64,000 nucleotides of DNA from Lama guanicoe. Taxonomy: Eukaryota. The notes under the pieces are model-generated. The model saw only the letters and a list, made by a program, of their open reading frames with translations. It ran no database searches and was not told where the DNA came from. The position numbers were made by a program, and so were the translations under genes. The stretch spans positions 2,982,151-3,046,150 of the forward strand of contig MU054001.1 of assembly GCA_013239625.1 (NCBI GenBank), read 5' to 3'. Positions 25,311 to 38,184 of the stretch are shown here, piece by piece (within the stretch, counting starts at the first letter, position 1; every line of letters begins with the position of its first letter).

Positions 25311-28300
25311 GTATTGGGGGAAAAATGCAAGTAGATGTTAGTTGGAGAAATGTTTCCCTCAGTTGAGCCTACAGAGCCGGGGAAGGCTAACCGATTTGCT
25401 TGTGGTCAGTGTCAGCAGCAGGAACAGGATCCAGAAGGGAAAAAGAAGGGAGCTAGAAATGCACCCCGAGCTATCTGCTGTGCGAGGGAAGCGGATGCTG
25501 ACTGTGTTCTCAGGGAGCCTCCCTAGAAATATCTCAGGAATCTGGGGGCCATGAATCCTCTCCTAGAATAGCCTCTCCCCTCTCATTTAGTCAAACCCAA
25601 AGGACATGGAAGGTGGCTCTCCCATGCTTTTCCCCGGCTGTAAGCTATGGGACAGTTCTAACACTCTGCATGAGAGCTGACACGACCTGGTTAAACACAG
25701 GTTTTAAAGTCAAAAATGAGATTTACCGGTTCACAGAACTCAGAGACAAGGAGGAAGGGCAAGGTAGCGCCGCGGGACCCAGGTGCCAGACGGGGCCTTG
25801 TTGATAGACGCTCAGCGCTGTTCTCTGCCAGAGGGCTTCATTCTTGGGGTTTCTTCCTGCACGAGGGGGCAGACGGCTGCTAACAGCTCCAGGCCTCCTC
25901 CCCAGAACCAGAGCCACCGTCTGCAGAAGGTTTTCACTGAAACAGTGTGGGTCACAGGCCGTCCCTGAACTGTTAGCCAGCAGCCCCTCGTCCTCACACA
26001 GCCCCAGAGTCCAGGGGAAGGGGTAGCAGCAGCTCCCCCTTGGCACATGGGCTCTGGCTGGAGATGGGAGGTGAAGGGTCTTTTCTAGAGAGATTCTAGG
26101 AAGCTAAAAATCATAGACCTACTTCTCAGAGACTTTGGACGTTCATCACACATGATTTTGCACACTCATGGTAAACCAGGACCCTCAGATCCACCTTCGT
26201 GATACCCCCTAAATCTCCATTTTGCTACTAAGGGCTTTTCCTGCAGGATGGTTTTCATGACGAGAACCCATACTTTCTGGACCGTATTCTTCCCCGGTGT
26301 TCATCCCAGCAGCTCTCTGGGCTTGGAGCTCTGCTTGGGGCTTCAAGCCCACCAGCTCCTATCGACTGAGCCCAGAAGCCATATGATAAAGTCTGATTTG
26401 GGGGCTCATGGTTTCCCTGGCCCTGGAATTAATTCACAGGCTGCTTGTTTTATGCAGACTCACCGATTGTGCCCAGTGTCACAAACTGTACTGAAACCTC
26501 TTAACACCTTTTAAAACTCGATTCACTTTTGATGGCCTAAAAAAGATTGGGCCAATAAATAAGAACTAGAATCCATTTGTGGTCCATTTTGCGAAAGTAT
26601 ATTAAATATTGCCTACAATTTGAACTTGCCTTATAAAATGTTTACATGCCATTAAATAGTCCTAACATCCCTCGTGTAAATTAAGCATGCTGTGATGTTC
26701 CTTATCCCAAGGAGCTGCAGAGCTTAAAGTTGTAAAATACTTTCATGCCATAAATCAAATACTTTGCTCCTAAAAGCAGGATTATAAATATAAAAGGCAA
26801 CAATACTGACCTCAGCGTCTGCACTTGAATTGCTTTGGGAAAGGCGGCATAGAAAGAGATATTCTAATTGGGATGCCCCGTTCATTTGTTCACTGCACTT
26901 TGGGCATGTGTTCCTGGAAAACGTTATTGTTTATAGATAAGCTTTCCAAAAGACGCAACTATTCTTTATAAAAAGGACAAGTTCACAAAAATCCATTCAG
27001 GCAGGGACTAGCATCTTAAACAGCAACTTGGAGCGCACGTAAGTAGGTCTCCTTGGCTGGAAGAATTCTTTAAAGAGCTTCCTGGTTTGAGAAGTGCTCT
27101 GAAATCCTGCTTGCACCCCATGTGCCTTCCACACTGTTGCTTTTTATAAAGCCTCTTCCTTCTCCCTCAGCTGAGCCATCAATGAGCTGTTTTCTTGTAA
27201 GTGCTCGAAGTTTAATGGAGCTTAAGTGAGACACAGACCATTAACGCAGTATCAATATTTATTTTGGGTTTCCACAGAAACAGATACCAGCCCGTGGGTA
27301 ACTTCTCTTCCAAAGCAAGCCAAGGGATCTTTTGCACGGGCTAATATTCTGTTTAGTTTCTCGGGGGAATGACAGTGGTTATGAGGTTAATAAACCATCA
27401 TTTATTTCATAAACAAAACCACATAGAGGAGGAGCACCTTAGCAGGGCTGTATCTCATGGGTGCCTGTACTGGGAAGAGCAATTCTGTTTGGGCACGTGA
27501 TCACAGATATCTCTGTGCCCTCCCCATTTGGTCATCCTCGGTCCTTTTGTTTCTGGGCATAAGCATCCCAATGTCATCTATCTTGCTCCACAGGTCCTGG
27601 TGTCTAACCTGTTAATCAGGTTTGAGGCTCCCTGGAAGAACATGTCCTGTGTACTAATTGCATTTGGCTTTGTGATAAAGTGAGGGGCTTTGGAGATGGC
27701 TAAGGAGCAAAAGTCTTCATATCGTGGCTTGAATTAATGCCACAAGCCTGGGGTACCAACCCTCCAGCTGTTCTGTGCAAGGTTCTGCTCTCTTCTCAGT
27801 GGTTATACAAGCTATTCCTCTGCCTGAGGGGAGGGCTGACGGCAATGCTGAAAGAATTCTGCTGAACAGAAAGAAGCACTGGGAGATGGAATTCTGGTCT
27901 CCACTCAGAACTTAATTAGCTCTCTACCCTTGCTCAGTCCATGCATCCTTCATTAGTCTTTAAATCTTCATCTTAAAAAAAAATGAAGAATTAAATTATA
28001 TGATCTCTACAGTGCCTTTTAATCGTGATATTCTGTGCAAACACATTTCTAAGTCACAATCTTGCCAGTCAACTCCCTACCACTCAGCAGCCTGGATCTT
28101 TTCCGCTTTCTATCACCTTCCATGGAATCATCTGTCTTCACTTTGGTTTTCAATGACTCCCTTGCTTTCCCCTAATTGTACATCAGCCAGGTTTCCTCTT
28201 TTTTCCAATATGTATTTTCTTCTTCACTAAGCTGAATTTTCCCCTGGATGCTCTTTCCACTCTCTGCCACTTTAATGCCCTTATTCATGCATTTCCAAAT

Positions 28301-28361
28301 GATTAGATCCTCGGCAACTCCAAATGCTTGAGTCCCGTGTTCCAGCTGCCATACTCTCTTT

Positions 28362-28978
28362 TGTGTTTTACTCATTTCCCATGGCTGCATATTAAGTATC
28401 ACAAATTCAGCAGCTTAAAACAATGCCCATTTATTAGTTCTCAGTTCTATAGATCAGAAATCTGACATAGCATGACTAGTTCTCTATTCAAGGTGTAACA
28501 AGGCTAAAATTAAGATATTGGCCAGACTGAGTCCTCATTGGCAAGCTCTGAAGAGAAACTACTTCCATCATCCTTGAGGTTGTCAGAGGAATTTAGTTAC
28601 TTGTGGTTGTAGGACTGAGGTCCCAGTTTCCTTGCTGGCTGTCAACCTGGGTCCTCTCTCAGCTTCTAGAGGCTGTCCACATTTCTCCTCATGTAGTGCC
28701 TTACATCTTTCAGAGTTGGCAGTGGCATGTTGAACCCTTTTTATACTTCAAATCTCTCTTTTTCCTTAGCCACCAACTAGAGAAACCTCTCTGCTTTCAA
28801 AGGGCTTATGTGATGGGATCAGGCCCATGTGGATAACCTCTCCACCCTAAGGTTTACTGATTTAGGATTTTAATTCCATCTGCAGTCTCCCTTCACAGCA
28901 GTACCTAGATTAGCATCTGATTACAGTGGGGTGGGGTGGGAGGGTAGGGGCTGCATATCTTTAAAATTATAGCCACAC
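28362..28978 (-). mobile_element. MaLR solo LTR (MLT1D/E-like)
   Basis: cacaaattcagcagcttaaaacaatgcccatttattagttctcagttc, ttgtggttgtaggactgaggtcccagtttccttgctggctgtc, gattttaattccatctgca. Confidence 0.88.
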
Positions 28979-29238
28979 AAGTTATAACTAAGATAGAATT
29001 TGAAAATTGACCAGTCACATTCCAAACACTCTGAGTGCCCCTGTCTCTATGACTAGAGGACTCTTCCAAACAGAAAGACCTAAAGGTCCCCAAATCTGTA
29101 CTTCTCTGGGCTAAATTCAGATAGGTGATACTCTTCACTCTCTATCAAGACTTCCAGAAGAGGAGGTTGATAAGCATCGAAATAAATTTACACAAAAAGC
29201 ACAAGCATGGACATACCTATTTTCAGGTATCCTTACTA

Positions 29239-29410
29239 CAGGGTTCTTAGCCTTTAGGATGCATCTGAATTACCTGGAGGGTTTGTTAGAATACATATTA
29301 CTGAGCCCCCCCCGAGAGTTATGATTCATTCAGTAGGTCTGGGGTAGGGCCTAAGTCATCCTAGGTGATGTTGATGCTGCTGGTCCAGGGATGACACTTT
29401 GAGAACTATC
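29239..29410. mobile_element. MER5A (hAT-Charlie MITE)
   Basis: gcatctgaattacctggagggtttgttagaa...attcagtaggtctggggtagggcc...aggtgatgttgatgctgctggtccaggg...cactttgagaac. Confidence 0.9.
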
Positions 29411-29477
29411 ACTTTAATACACACACTTTACCCATCAGAATCATCAGTATATGAATGCTACATTTGGAGATACGATT

Positions 29478-29479
<2 letters not shown>

Positions 29480-29528
<49 letters not shown>
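29480..29528. repeat. Perfect (TG)n microsatellite, about 24 units
   Basis: Direct reading. Confidence 0.97.
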
Positions 29529-29531
<3 letters not shown>

Positions 29532-30019
29532 GTATCCAGCCTGTTTGGATACTGAGGGATACTTTTATATATTTTTGATATATTGAATATATCTATTGAC
29601 AAAATAATTAGAGAAGACATATGCAGTGTTCTTCCCCCAGACAATGTGCATCCTTCTATTGCTAAATTCCATTCTATTTTCAAGCTGCTGTTTCTTCAGT
29701 AAACTCAACTGTAGATATCTGCTGCCTCTTATGCATTTGTAAACTTCAGCATTTCTACTGTCCCAGAGGACTTGTAATGCTATAAGCATGGCTCTGTTCT
29801 TTCTCGTTTCACTTTCCTTTTAATGAGACCCTTAAACATTTTTTGTAGCTGCAGCCTGCCAACCCTTTCCTTCCCATCTTCCCTGCTGACTGCCTTTGAA
29901 AATTCTTCAGAAATTCCATAATCAGAGACACAGAATTGTCCAAATTATGGTTTAATGGGTGTTGTACTGAGCTTCAGTTTTCTAATCTGTAAAAAGTGGA
30001 TATTAATCTCTTCTCTCTA

Positions 30020-30545
30020 GCTGCATTAGATAGACCTCTTTGCCAGTGACAGAAATGCAGCTCAAAGTGGCTCAAATGAAAATGTCCAGAGGTAATGTAG
30101 TCCCATGCAGATGTGAATATAAGGGGTTAAAACCATGTCCTTGAGACTCAGTCTTGCTTTTTCTCCAGCTTTTGGCTGTGCAATCCTCAGTGTCAGCTTT
30201 CTTCTCAGAGAACCTATTACCAAGCAAAGGCTGAGAAGCTCCAGGCTTCATCCTCTAAGCTTAGTGGCCCCAAATGTTTCTCATTTCTAATAGTTTCCAC
30301 TCAAGTCCCAGTACCGTGTTTCTTTGAACAGACTTAGATCATGGATATATTCCTGGACCAATCATTGTGGTTGGTGGATGTAATAAATGGATGGGTCAAG
30401 GCTGAGGGGCTACTCACACTTGGATCCAGGATGAGGTGAGCCCCACTTGAAACATATGGACTGAAACAGAGAGAGATGAAGTAAATTAAGCTAATATTCC
30501 CAGGATAAGGAGGCGAGGATGGTGGACATGCAAAAATCATGGTGG
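30020..30545 (-). mobile_element. MaLR LTR (MLT1K/L-like)
   Basis: tgccagtgacagaaatgcagctcaaagtggctcaa...gacttagatcatgg...cctggaccaatcattgtgg. Confidence 0.6.
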
Positions 30546-30637
30546 TCCACTTCCTACATAGGCTATTACAGTGATCAAAGTGTGCATATATGTGAAAGCA
30601 CTTTCAAACCCACAGGTCCATTATCACAACAAGGCTT

Positions 30638-30679
30638 GATGATGCTGATGATGATGGTGATGATGATGATGATGATGAT
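30638..30679. repeat. (GAT)n trinucleotide repeat, imperfect
   Basis: tgatgatgctgatgatgatggtgatgatgatgatgatgatgat. Confidence 0.95.
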
Positions 30680-31615
30680 CCAGTTGTACACCTGTTCTGA
30701 CTGCCTGGCCCTGGGTACAGAATCCTTATCCCTTTCCTCTTAAAATTAGAGGGGATTTTCACTTGTTCTTACTTGGTACCTCCCAGTAAATTTTCTCCAC
30801 CCTTCCCCCAGCAATCTTCCCTTTACTATATTTCTCCCCGCACCCACTTCTTGAGACCGATTATACTCTTCCAGACACTGATACCCATGAAGCGAAAAAA
30901 TGAAGATCTATTCTTGCCCGCAGAATTCAGATGGATATTTTCAAATGCAGCTTATGTGGAGAAATAAGGTGTGTGTTTTCTGAGGACATGCATAAGGTAG
31001 AGGAAGATAAATCCAAAGTACAGTGACGTCTCATTGTTTTCTTAGTAATCAGGGAGAGACCAAAAAACGCCACTTCCCTGTTGATGTCCCCATAGACAAG
31101 CTGGTCACCACTGTTTGCTCTGTATGAGCCACCACCACTCTAGCGTCTCCCACATAATTCTCTGTATACGCTGCCTGGGCTTCATGTAAGATGTGAAGTT
31201 GTGAATTGTTAGTAATTAAAAATCCACTAGAAATACTAGGGCAGTATCTGAAAGCCAAGACATCAAGACTGAGGATCAGCTAGACATAGCATGTTCCTAT
31301 ATTTTTTCATGGGAGCAACTGGAAATAACTACATCAACACATAGATTTTTTCTTTTCTTTTCTTTTTTTTTTGGAAATCCACAAAGTGATCTAAGTGTGA
31401 ATGTGGGGGATTCTTCTAAATGAAGCTCGAGACACTAAATTAAATGCTTTACTGGTAATAATTCATCCATTATAAAGTGTTTAAAGATTTTAAGATGCTT
31501 TAGTCATTATCTTAGAATGCACTTGGGAGATAAACGGGACAGATCTTACTTTTTTTCATTATTTAACAGAAGAGGAAACTAGGGCTTGGAAAGCTTATTT
31601 GTCTTTGGTCCACAG

Positions 31616-31781
31616 CTGCACTGTACAAACAGTAGCCACTAGCCACACAGGGCTTCGAGCACTTGAAATATGGTTGGTGTGACTAAGAAACTGAATTTTT
31701 AAATTGTACTTAATTTTAAATACATTCAAATTAGGTTTTAAAAGGCCCACGTGACTAGTGGCACCGTAATAGACAGCACAG
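31616..31781. mobile_element. MER3-like hAT MITE inserted in a MIR
   Basis: ctgcactgtacaaacagtagccactagccacac...gagcacttgaaat...gtgactaagaaactgaattttt...ctagtggcaccgtaatagacagcacag; MIR pieces on both sides. Confidence 0.85.
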
Positions 31782-34289
31782 GTTGAAATTTACAAAGTGA
31801 CACAGCACTACTTGATACCAAGTCTGCTGACTCCCAGTTCAGTGCTCTTGTGGTATCCCTGGTTTGCCCAAGATAAGCTCAGTCGTGGCCTTCTAAACGT
31901 CTGAACTGCCCATTCTCCCCATATATGGAGAACTCAGCTGTACATTTTTTCAGTGGTACGTGAGTTACTCTTGATAAAAATCTAAGGTCCGTAACTCCAC
32001 CAGTAAAGCAGAGCTAAGAGCTGAAGCTACAATCCTGATCATTCACCATAAAAGTCCTCATTGCCCGTGAATCCCCTCAGCCTCTCAGATTTCCTCTGCC
32101 AGAGTTGATGATTCTAATTCCTTTCCCAATAACCCGTGTCTTGACAATCATAACACAGAATTCTCCAGGGCTTATTTTTCTTACTATCTTGGCAAAGAAA
32201 AAGCTGTCTTGGGAGATATTCTTGACAGGAGAGGAAAGCTATTGCCCTAATTTCCTTTAGTGCAAGCTATGAAGACCACTGCCTGTATGCATTTATTATT
32301 GTTAATTATTTTAGGACCGGCCTTGTGATTGATGGAAGATAAATGGCATGTGAGTCTTGAGAGCAGCTGCCTCTCAGCAGCCAGGAGGATGCTGGAGAGG
32401 AGGATCAAGGAGTCAAGTATGGGGAGCCTCAGTTTCAGACCCAGGAGAAGCCAAGGTAGAGAGGAGAGGAGACCGATCATCTCAGGGTAGGAACATGTCT
32501 CAGCACATTCCTGGTGATGCATGGGGTGTCTTTACACACAGTGTCTGAAAAAAGGCAGTGAAGTTGATTAAGGACCATGAGATCCTTGGGGAATGAGAGG
32601 GGGCTGGTTATGGATAATGCCAACTTCTGGTTCACTGGAGCTTGCCTGAAATCCCTTTTTGACTTCCATCAATGTGCTCAAAAATCATCCTAAAATGAAT
32701 TATGATGGAACAGTATTTTGTATGAGTTATATTCTAAAACAGTAATTGGATGTGATTAAAATTGCCCTAGAAAATCCCCTAAATGACTGATAGAAAACAG
32801 TTTTTATGATTTTGTGTTTGTAGCCCTGTATAATATTGTATGTGTACAAATAATTTATATATATAAATATGCTGGTGTTCACTATAAAACAAAGGTTTCT
32901 CATGCAAACTATATTTTAATTACTCTCTCTGGTTTTTTTTTTTTTTCAATTTCTTTTTTTTTCTGCATTTTTGGCCAAGTACCTCAACTTGATTTCACAG
33001 AAGTTAAATATGTAAATAATGAAACTGATCTGTTTTCTTGAGTCTGTGAGTGGTATTTAATTTCTATAATAGAATGGTCATAATTATGGACAGTGATCAT
33101 CAATGATTTCCTTCTGAACATCTGTCCTCAGCTTCTAGGACAGGCGACAAATACTGGCTCTGAGAATAGTCCCTTAGAAGTCGTTTGTGGACCACTGGTT
33201 CCTGGTGGGCACAATAACTATTATACAGAATAACAAAGAGCTGGAGGCAGAGAGTATGGCAATGAAAGTGTTGAGCGCTTACTATGTGTCAAGCACTGTA
33301 CTTTGTCGTTTACACATATTGTCTTATTTAATAATGAGAGTAGTCAGGCCAGTTGTTGGCCCTTGTGACTTGTGGTTGACACATGATGAGGCCAAATACA
33401 CAAAGAAGATAGCTGACTAAGAGTTGAAATTGTGGGGAATGCTGACAAAGGATGAGTGGCACAAAAAAAATTTGCATCAGGTTCTAAAAATATCACTGTG
33501 AATGTGAGTCTTAGAAACAGGCACACATCCATTGAATGAGGAAAATTGGAATGTATGAACTTAAAATGGAAAATGTTGCATATCAGTAGCAAACAGTGGT
33601 ATAAAAGTGCTCATGCTGTGCATGGGCCAGCAAGGGGACACACAGCTTCCATTGGTAAGGATATTAGAAAAAGTGGTACCGCACAGGGAATTCAGTAAAT
33701 TCAGAGAAGGAAAAGGATGATAATGAATTATTCTTTTTTTTTTACTGTGGACTTCTCTTATTCAGCCAATGGGCAGTTACCTCCAAGAAAGCTAGAGCCA
33801 TATTTGATTCATATCAATATTCCCTGCAGAACTTTTTCCAGCTTTAGTAGGTGTCAATAAATAATTTTGGGCACAGCATTGTAAAATGACTATAACTCAA
33901 TAAAAAAGTTAAAAAAACAGTACAGGAAAAAAAAATAATTTGGAGGAGTGAATGAATGAAAGAGTCCATTCATTGAGTATGGATCACACAGTATTCATTG
34001 GAGGGTTAGAGGAAGGACAGGTGGGCTATGCAGAGTGATGGGCAGAGACTAGTGATGAGGTGGGAAAGATGCATTGATGAGAATGGGAGGAGTGGTCTGG
34101 GAGGCCTCGAGGATTGGGCTGACCAAACTTCTTCCCCTGAAGTGCTCTTTCCAAGTAGATTGTTGCTGGAAAGGACTTTAGAGATTATAGAGTTAACTTC
34201 CATGTCATAGAAGGAAAGCAGTTAGACCCAAGGAGTAAAATGACCATTACTGATACAACTACTATAATTTACTGCTACTACTAGCAGCT

Positions 34290-34470
34290 ACTATTTATTG
34301 AACACTTACTATGACCTAAGCACTGTCTTTATTTCATCCTCCACAAAGTAAGGAATGTTATTATCATCTTATTTTGCAAACAAGGAAAATAAGATCCAAG
34401 TGATAAGAGAACCACACATCTAGGGAGAGTCAGAATCATGATTGGCCCAGGCCTATCTCTCAGCAGAGCC
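34290..34470 (-). mobile_element. MIR SINE
   Basis: ctatttattgaacacttactatg...atttcatcctccacaa...attatcatcttattttgcaaacaaggaaa. Confidence 0.75.
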
Positions 34471-36309
34471 TGAGGCTGAGTTCCAGAGCTGGAACTCAGT
34501 CTCCAATTCCAGCTTTCTTTCTGCATTAATGACTTCCTAAGCTGCAAGGCTGGGCCTGGGACCTCTTCAGTAATGTCCAGGAGAGGGGTAATGGCATGTT
34601 CTACTAGACATCACTGATGCTGAAGGCTACACAAGAGAATGGCGTAATTTTTAGAGGGAAGCAAAGGATTAGAGACAAACTCTCAGGGGGTTAAGGGAGT
34701 CCATCCAGGTATATGATGGTAAATTTCTAGAACTTTCCCAAACCCTTGATTAGACAATGTAACCCAAGATTTCAAGGCTTATCATAGAGCAATAAGGTAC
34801 CTTCTATTTGGAAGTCAAAAACTTGAATCCATACCCATGGGTCAAGGTGATGAGACGCTGCTCGCCCCATGAAGGATCTGACCAGGTCTTGGGCTGACTG
34901 TGGAAATAGCCACAGGGGTCACAGGCCTGGTGAGAACATCTTGCAAAGGCTGTAGTAACCCCTCTTAACCACTGGGTTTCTGCTAAGCTATCTTTTGCTG
35001 CATAATAGTCTGGTTAATTATACTAGTGTAGACTTCACCCGAGGAGACCATTACCATGAGACACTGGCATGACTCCTAGAAGGATGATCTATGGCACTAC
35101 TTTATGAGATTCTGAACAGCAAGTTTGCACTGAACACAGAGGAAGCAGAGAAGAAGTGGAGGAGGAGGGTCATGGCAATGTAAGACGGTTTGGCTGTGAT
35201 AATCACATTTTTTCCTGAAGTGCCAGAAAATGTAAAGGCCATGCTCCTATTATTTGATAGAAGTAGTGGGTGCTCCCTGGATAGTGGGTGATATCCATTT
35301 TTTTTTTAATTTCATAATGTCATCTGTAAGTGACATGCGATTATAATACCAGAATTCTCTTTAATGCAGTCTGTAAAAACACATTGATTTTATAGCTCCC
35401 CGAACCGATTACATTAATATCTGTGCATAATTAGTTTACACATTACTAAATTACTGACAGATTAAAAGTGAAATAGTGCAGTTCATACTCAGCCGCATAA
35501 CTGCCAGAAAGGAAATTAATATGGATTCAAATGGTCCTTGGAGACCTACAGTGAAATAGCAGAAATCTATAAAGACTGCTTGCATTAGGAAATTTCTATC
35601 AGCAACATGTTTGTGGTTGATGCGTTCCTCAGTCTGCTAATCTGAGCTGTGCGGTGCAGGAAATGATATGTGGATGATGATTTAGCTCTTACCAACTCAA
35701 TATTGTGTTCATTAAAAAGCAAATTCTTAATTCTTGTGGTATTTGACGTCAAGGGAAGGTAGGCTTTCAAGCTGTACATAAAAACTTTTACCTTTCCTTA
35801 CTTTTTTGAACAACCTAAAGTTCTAGTGTTGGGACCTTTGAGTTCTCTGACCTTCCTTCTCAGAGCAGTTGTGAAGCCATTTTATGGTCTCTCTAGCCTT
35901 CACTGGACACATGCACGTTGGCTTTGTCACCAGAACATTGTTTTCATTCTGCATCTCCACTGTGGCCAACAACGTGTGGGTTGGGAGGCGGGGCAGCCAT
36001 GTATTAGTCCTTACAGCAAGCCTGCTTCCTGGGGAGCTGGTAAGCAGACCAAAGCTTTTCCTTTTTTAATCCTTGTACTCATTATATTTTGCTGCCCTTG
36101 AAATACCATGAATCATTTACCCAACTGCAAGAGTTCAAAGATGAATTATTTTTTTCTTACTTTGTCTAGTAAGAAAGCATATTTGAACACTTTTTCATGG
36201 GATACTTGCATTCTACTGAATTTTGAAGAATGTTGACTCTGAAGAAGATGTTGGCTATAATTAAAGTTCTAAAAATGGGGCAAAGCAGATATCAGGGAAA
36301 AGATCCAAC

Positions 36310-36530
36310 AGTTATTGAATACCTCCTGTGCTCTAGATACTCAATGGGGTAGTTTATCTGAGCTCTGAAAGCTGTAACCCTCACAGTAATTCTGTGAGGG
36401 AGATATCATTAACTCCATTTTATTAACGAATGAATGTTCCTTAGAGCAGTATAGTAACTTGGCCAAGTTCACACAGTTAATAAAATGGGAGAGCTATTTG
36501 TTTTAATTCTTTACTATTGGCCTCCAATGC
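36310..36530 (-). mobile_element. MIR SINE
   Basis: ttattgaatacctcctgtgc...ccctcacagtaattctgtgagg...agtaacttggccaagttcacacag. Confidence 0.75.
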
Positions 36531-36714
36531 TCAAGCAGGAAGAGGGAATACAAATACCAAGAGAAAAAGGCTGTTCTGGAGGTACTAATGATTGTCCATG
36601 AGCCCAGGGAAATGGCTCCTCTATTAAAAGCTCAGGCTTTTAAAATCTCTTCCTGAATGTTCAAATCATTCTATCATACATAATTTTTGGTTATTATATT
36701 GCTTACCACTTGGT

Positions 36715-37250
36715 TATTATATTGCTTACCACTGCATAACAAATTACCCCCAAACCTAGTGGCATCAAGATATGTATTACCTTACAGTTCCCATGGGGCA
36801 GGAATCTAGGTGCAGCTTAGTTGGGGCCTCTGGTTCATGGCTGTTCTCAAAGCTACAATCAGGGTACTGGCCAGGGTGCTGTGGTCTCAGGGCTGGACTA
36901 GAGAAGGACCCACTTCCAAGGTCACTCAGCAGTTGCTGGCAGGATTCAGTTCCTCATGGGCTGTTGGACTGAGTGCCCTAAGTTCCTTGTCGCATGGGCC
37001 TCTCTATAAGGCAGCTCACAAATGTTGGCTTGATTCATCAGAGTAAGCTAGCAGAGAGAGAGAGAGAGAGAAAGCTGAAAATCAGTCTTTTGTAACCTAA
37101 CCTCAGAAGTGACATCCTGTAGGATTTTGCAGATCACTTTTGCTGTATGCTATTTGTTAAGAGCAAGTCATTAGGTCCAGCCCACACACTGGGATATAAA
37201 TTCTAGAAAGCAGAGGTCACTAGGAGTCAGATTAGAAGCTTCCTACCACA
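36715..37250 (-). mobile_element. MaLR solo LTR (MLT1F/G-like)
   Basis: cataacaaattaccccaaacctagtggc...ggaatctaggtgcagcttagttggg...ctcagaagtgacatcc...gcaagtcattaggtccagcccacac...cctaccaca. Confidence 0.85.
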
Positions 37251-37419
37251 ACCATGAATTCATTTATTCATTGTATGGTTTTTGCTTATTTTATCAACAA
37301 ATAATTATTAATAACTTACTATTATATCAGCTTTCATATTTGTAACCAGAGAGACAAATAATAAAAATAATATATTTGCAAATAAGCAAATAATAAAAAA
37401 AGTTTCAATAATAGAATAA

Positions 37420-37650
37420 AGATAATGCTTAGTATTTGCCAGACAACACTGCAGGTGCTTTGCATGTATCAGTGCACTTGATCCATATAATAACCCTCTG
37501 AAGGAAGTACTGTTATCTCTAATTTCCACTTGAAGATAACAGAGGTACAGAAATTTTAGGTAACTTTGCAAGGTCATACACCTAACAAGTGACCAGGCAA
37601 GAATTCCATCCCAGGTAGTGTGTTCAGATACTGTTCTTTTCTTAATCACT
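37420..37650 (-). mobile_element. MIR SINE
   Basis: aggtgctttgcatgtatc...aataaccctctgaaggaagtactgttatc...ggtaactttgcaaggtcatacacc. Confidence 0.8.
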
Positions 37651-38184
37651 AATCTATCTTCCTTCTTTATTTTAATATTACATGGAGGGGGGTGTGGATT
37701 TGTGGAAAAACAGATTGGAGGTGAGTGGACATAGAAGCAGGAAGATTAGTTCTAAGATTACTGCAGAAGCCCAGGAAGAGGATATGGTGGCTTGGAGTAG
37801 GATGGTGGCAGAGGACAGGAAGAGAAATGAATATTATTGAAATATGTTTTAAATGTGGAACAGCAGGGTTTCTGAGGAGTCAGAAGTTGGGTTGTAGAAA
37901 ATACAGACCTAAGTACACCAATAGGTGTCTTGTATGAATAATACATGACCATGCAAAGAGACTGACCTTTGAGAAGAGGCTGGGCATTTTATCTGCTGAG
38001 GAGGGAAGAAGGAGAAGGAGTGTTATCTTCTACTTCCATCAGAGAGCACATGGAGACACTGATGCCCAGGTAGGCTAAATCACTTTCCAACAATCATGCA
38101 ATCGGTGGTCCTCTTGATTCACATTTCCTAATCAATGGAACACAGCAAAGCAAGAGGTTCCACAAATGCCCAGCCACGAGTAGC

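Noticed and set aside
25858..25874. CTCF-like TGCACGAGGGGGCAGAC
   Set aside because: Mismatch at the first core C; weaker than the two reported sites, and cannot be supported without a PWM score.
28928..28950. G-quadruplex motif GGGGTGGGGTGGGAGGGTAGGGG (similar ones at about 51179 and 63738)
   Set aside because: Common in mammalian DNA; this one lies inside an LTR and nothing indicates function.
30519..30743. ORF with a poly-Met run
   Set aside because: Simply the (GAT)n repeat read in frame.
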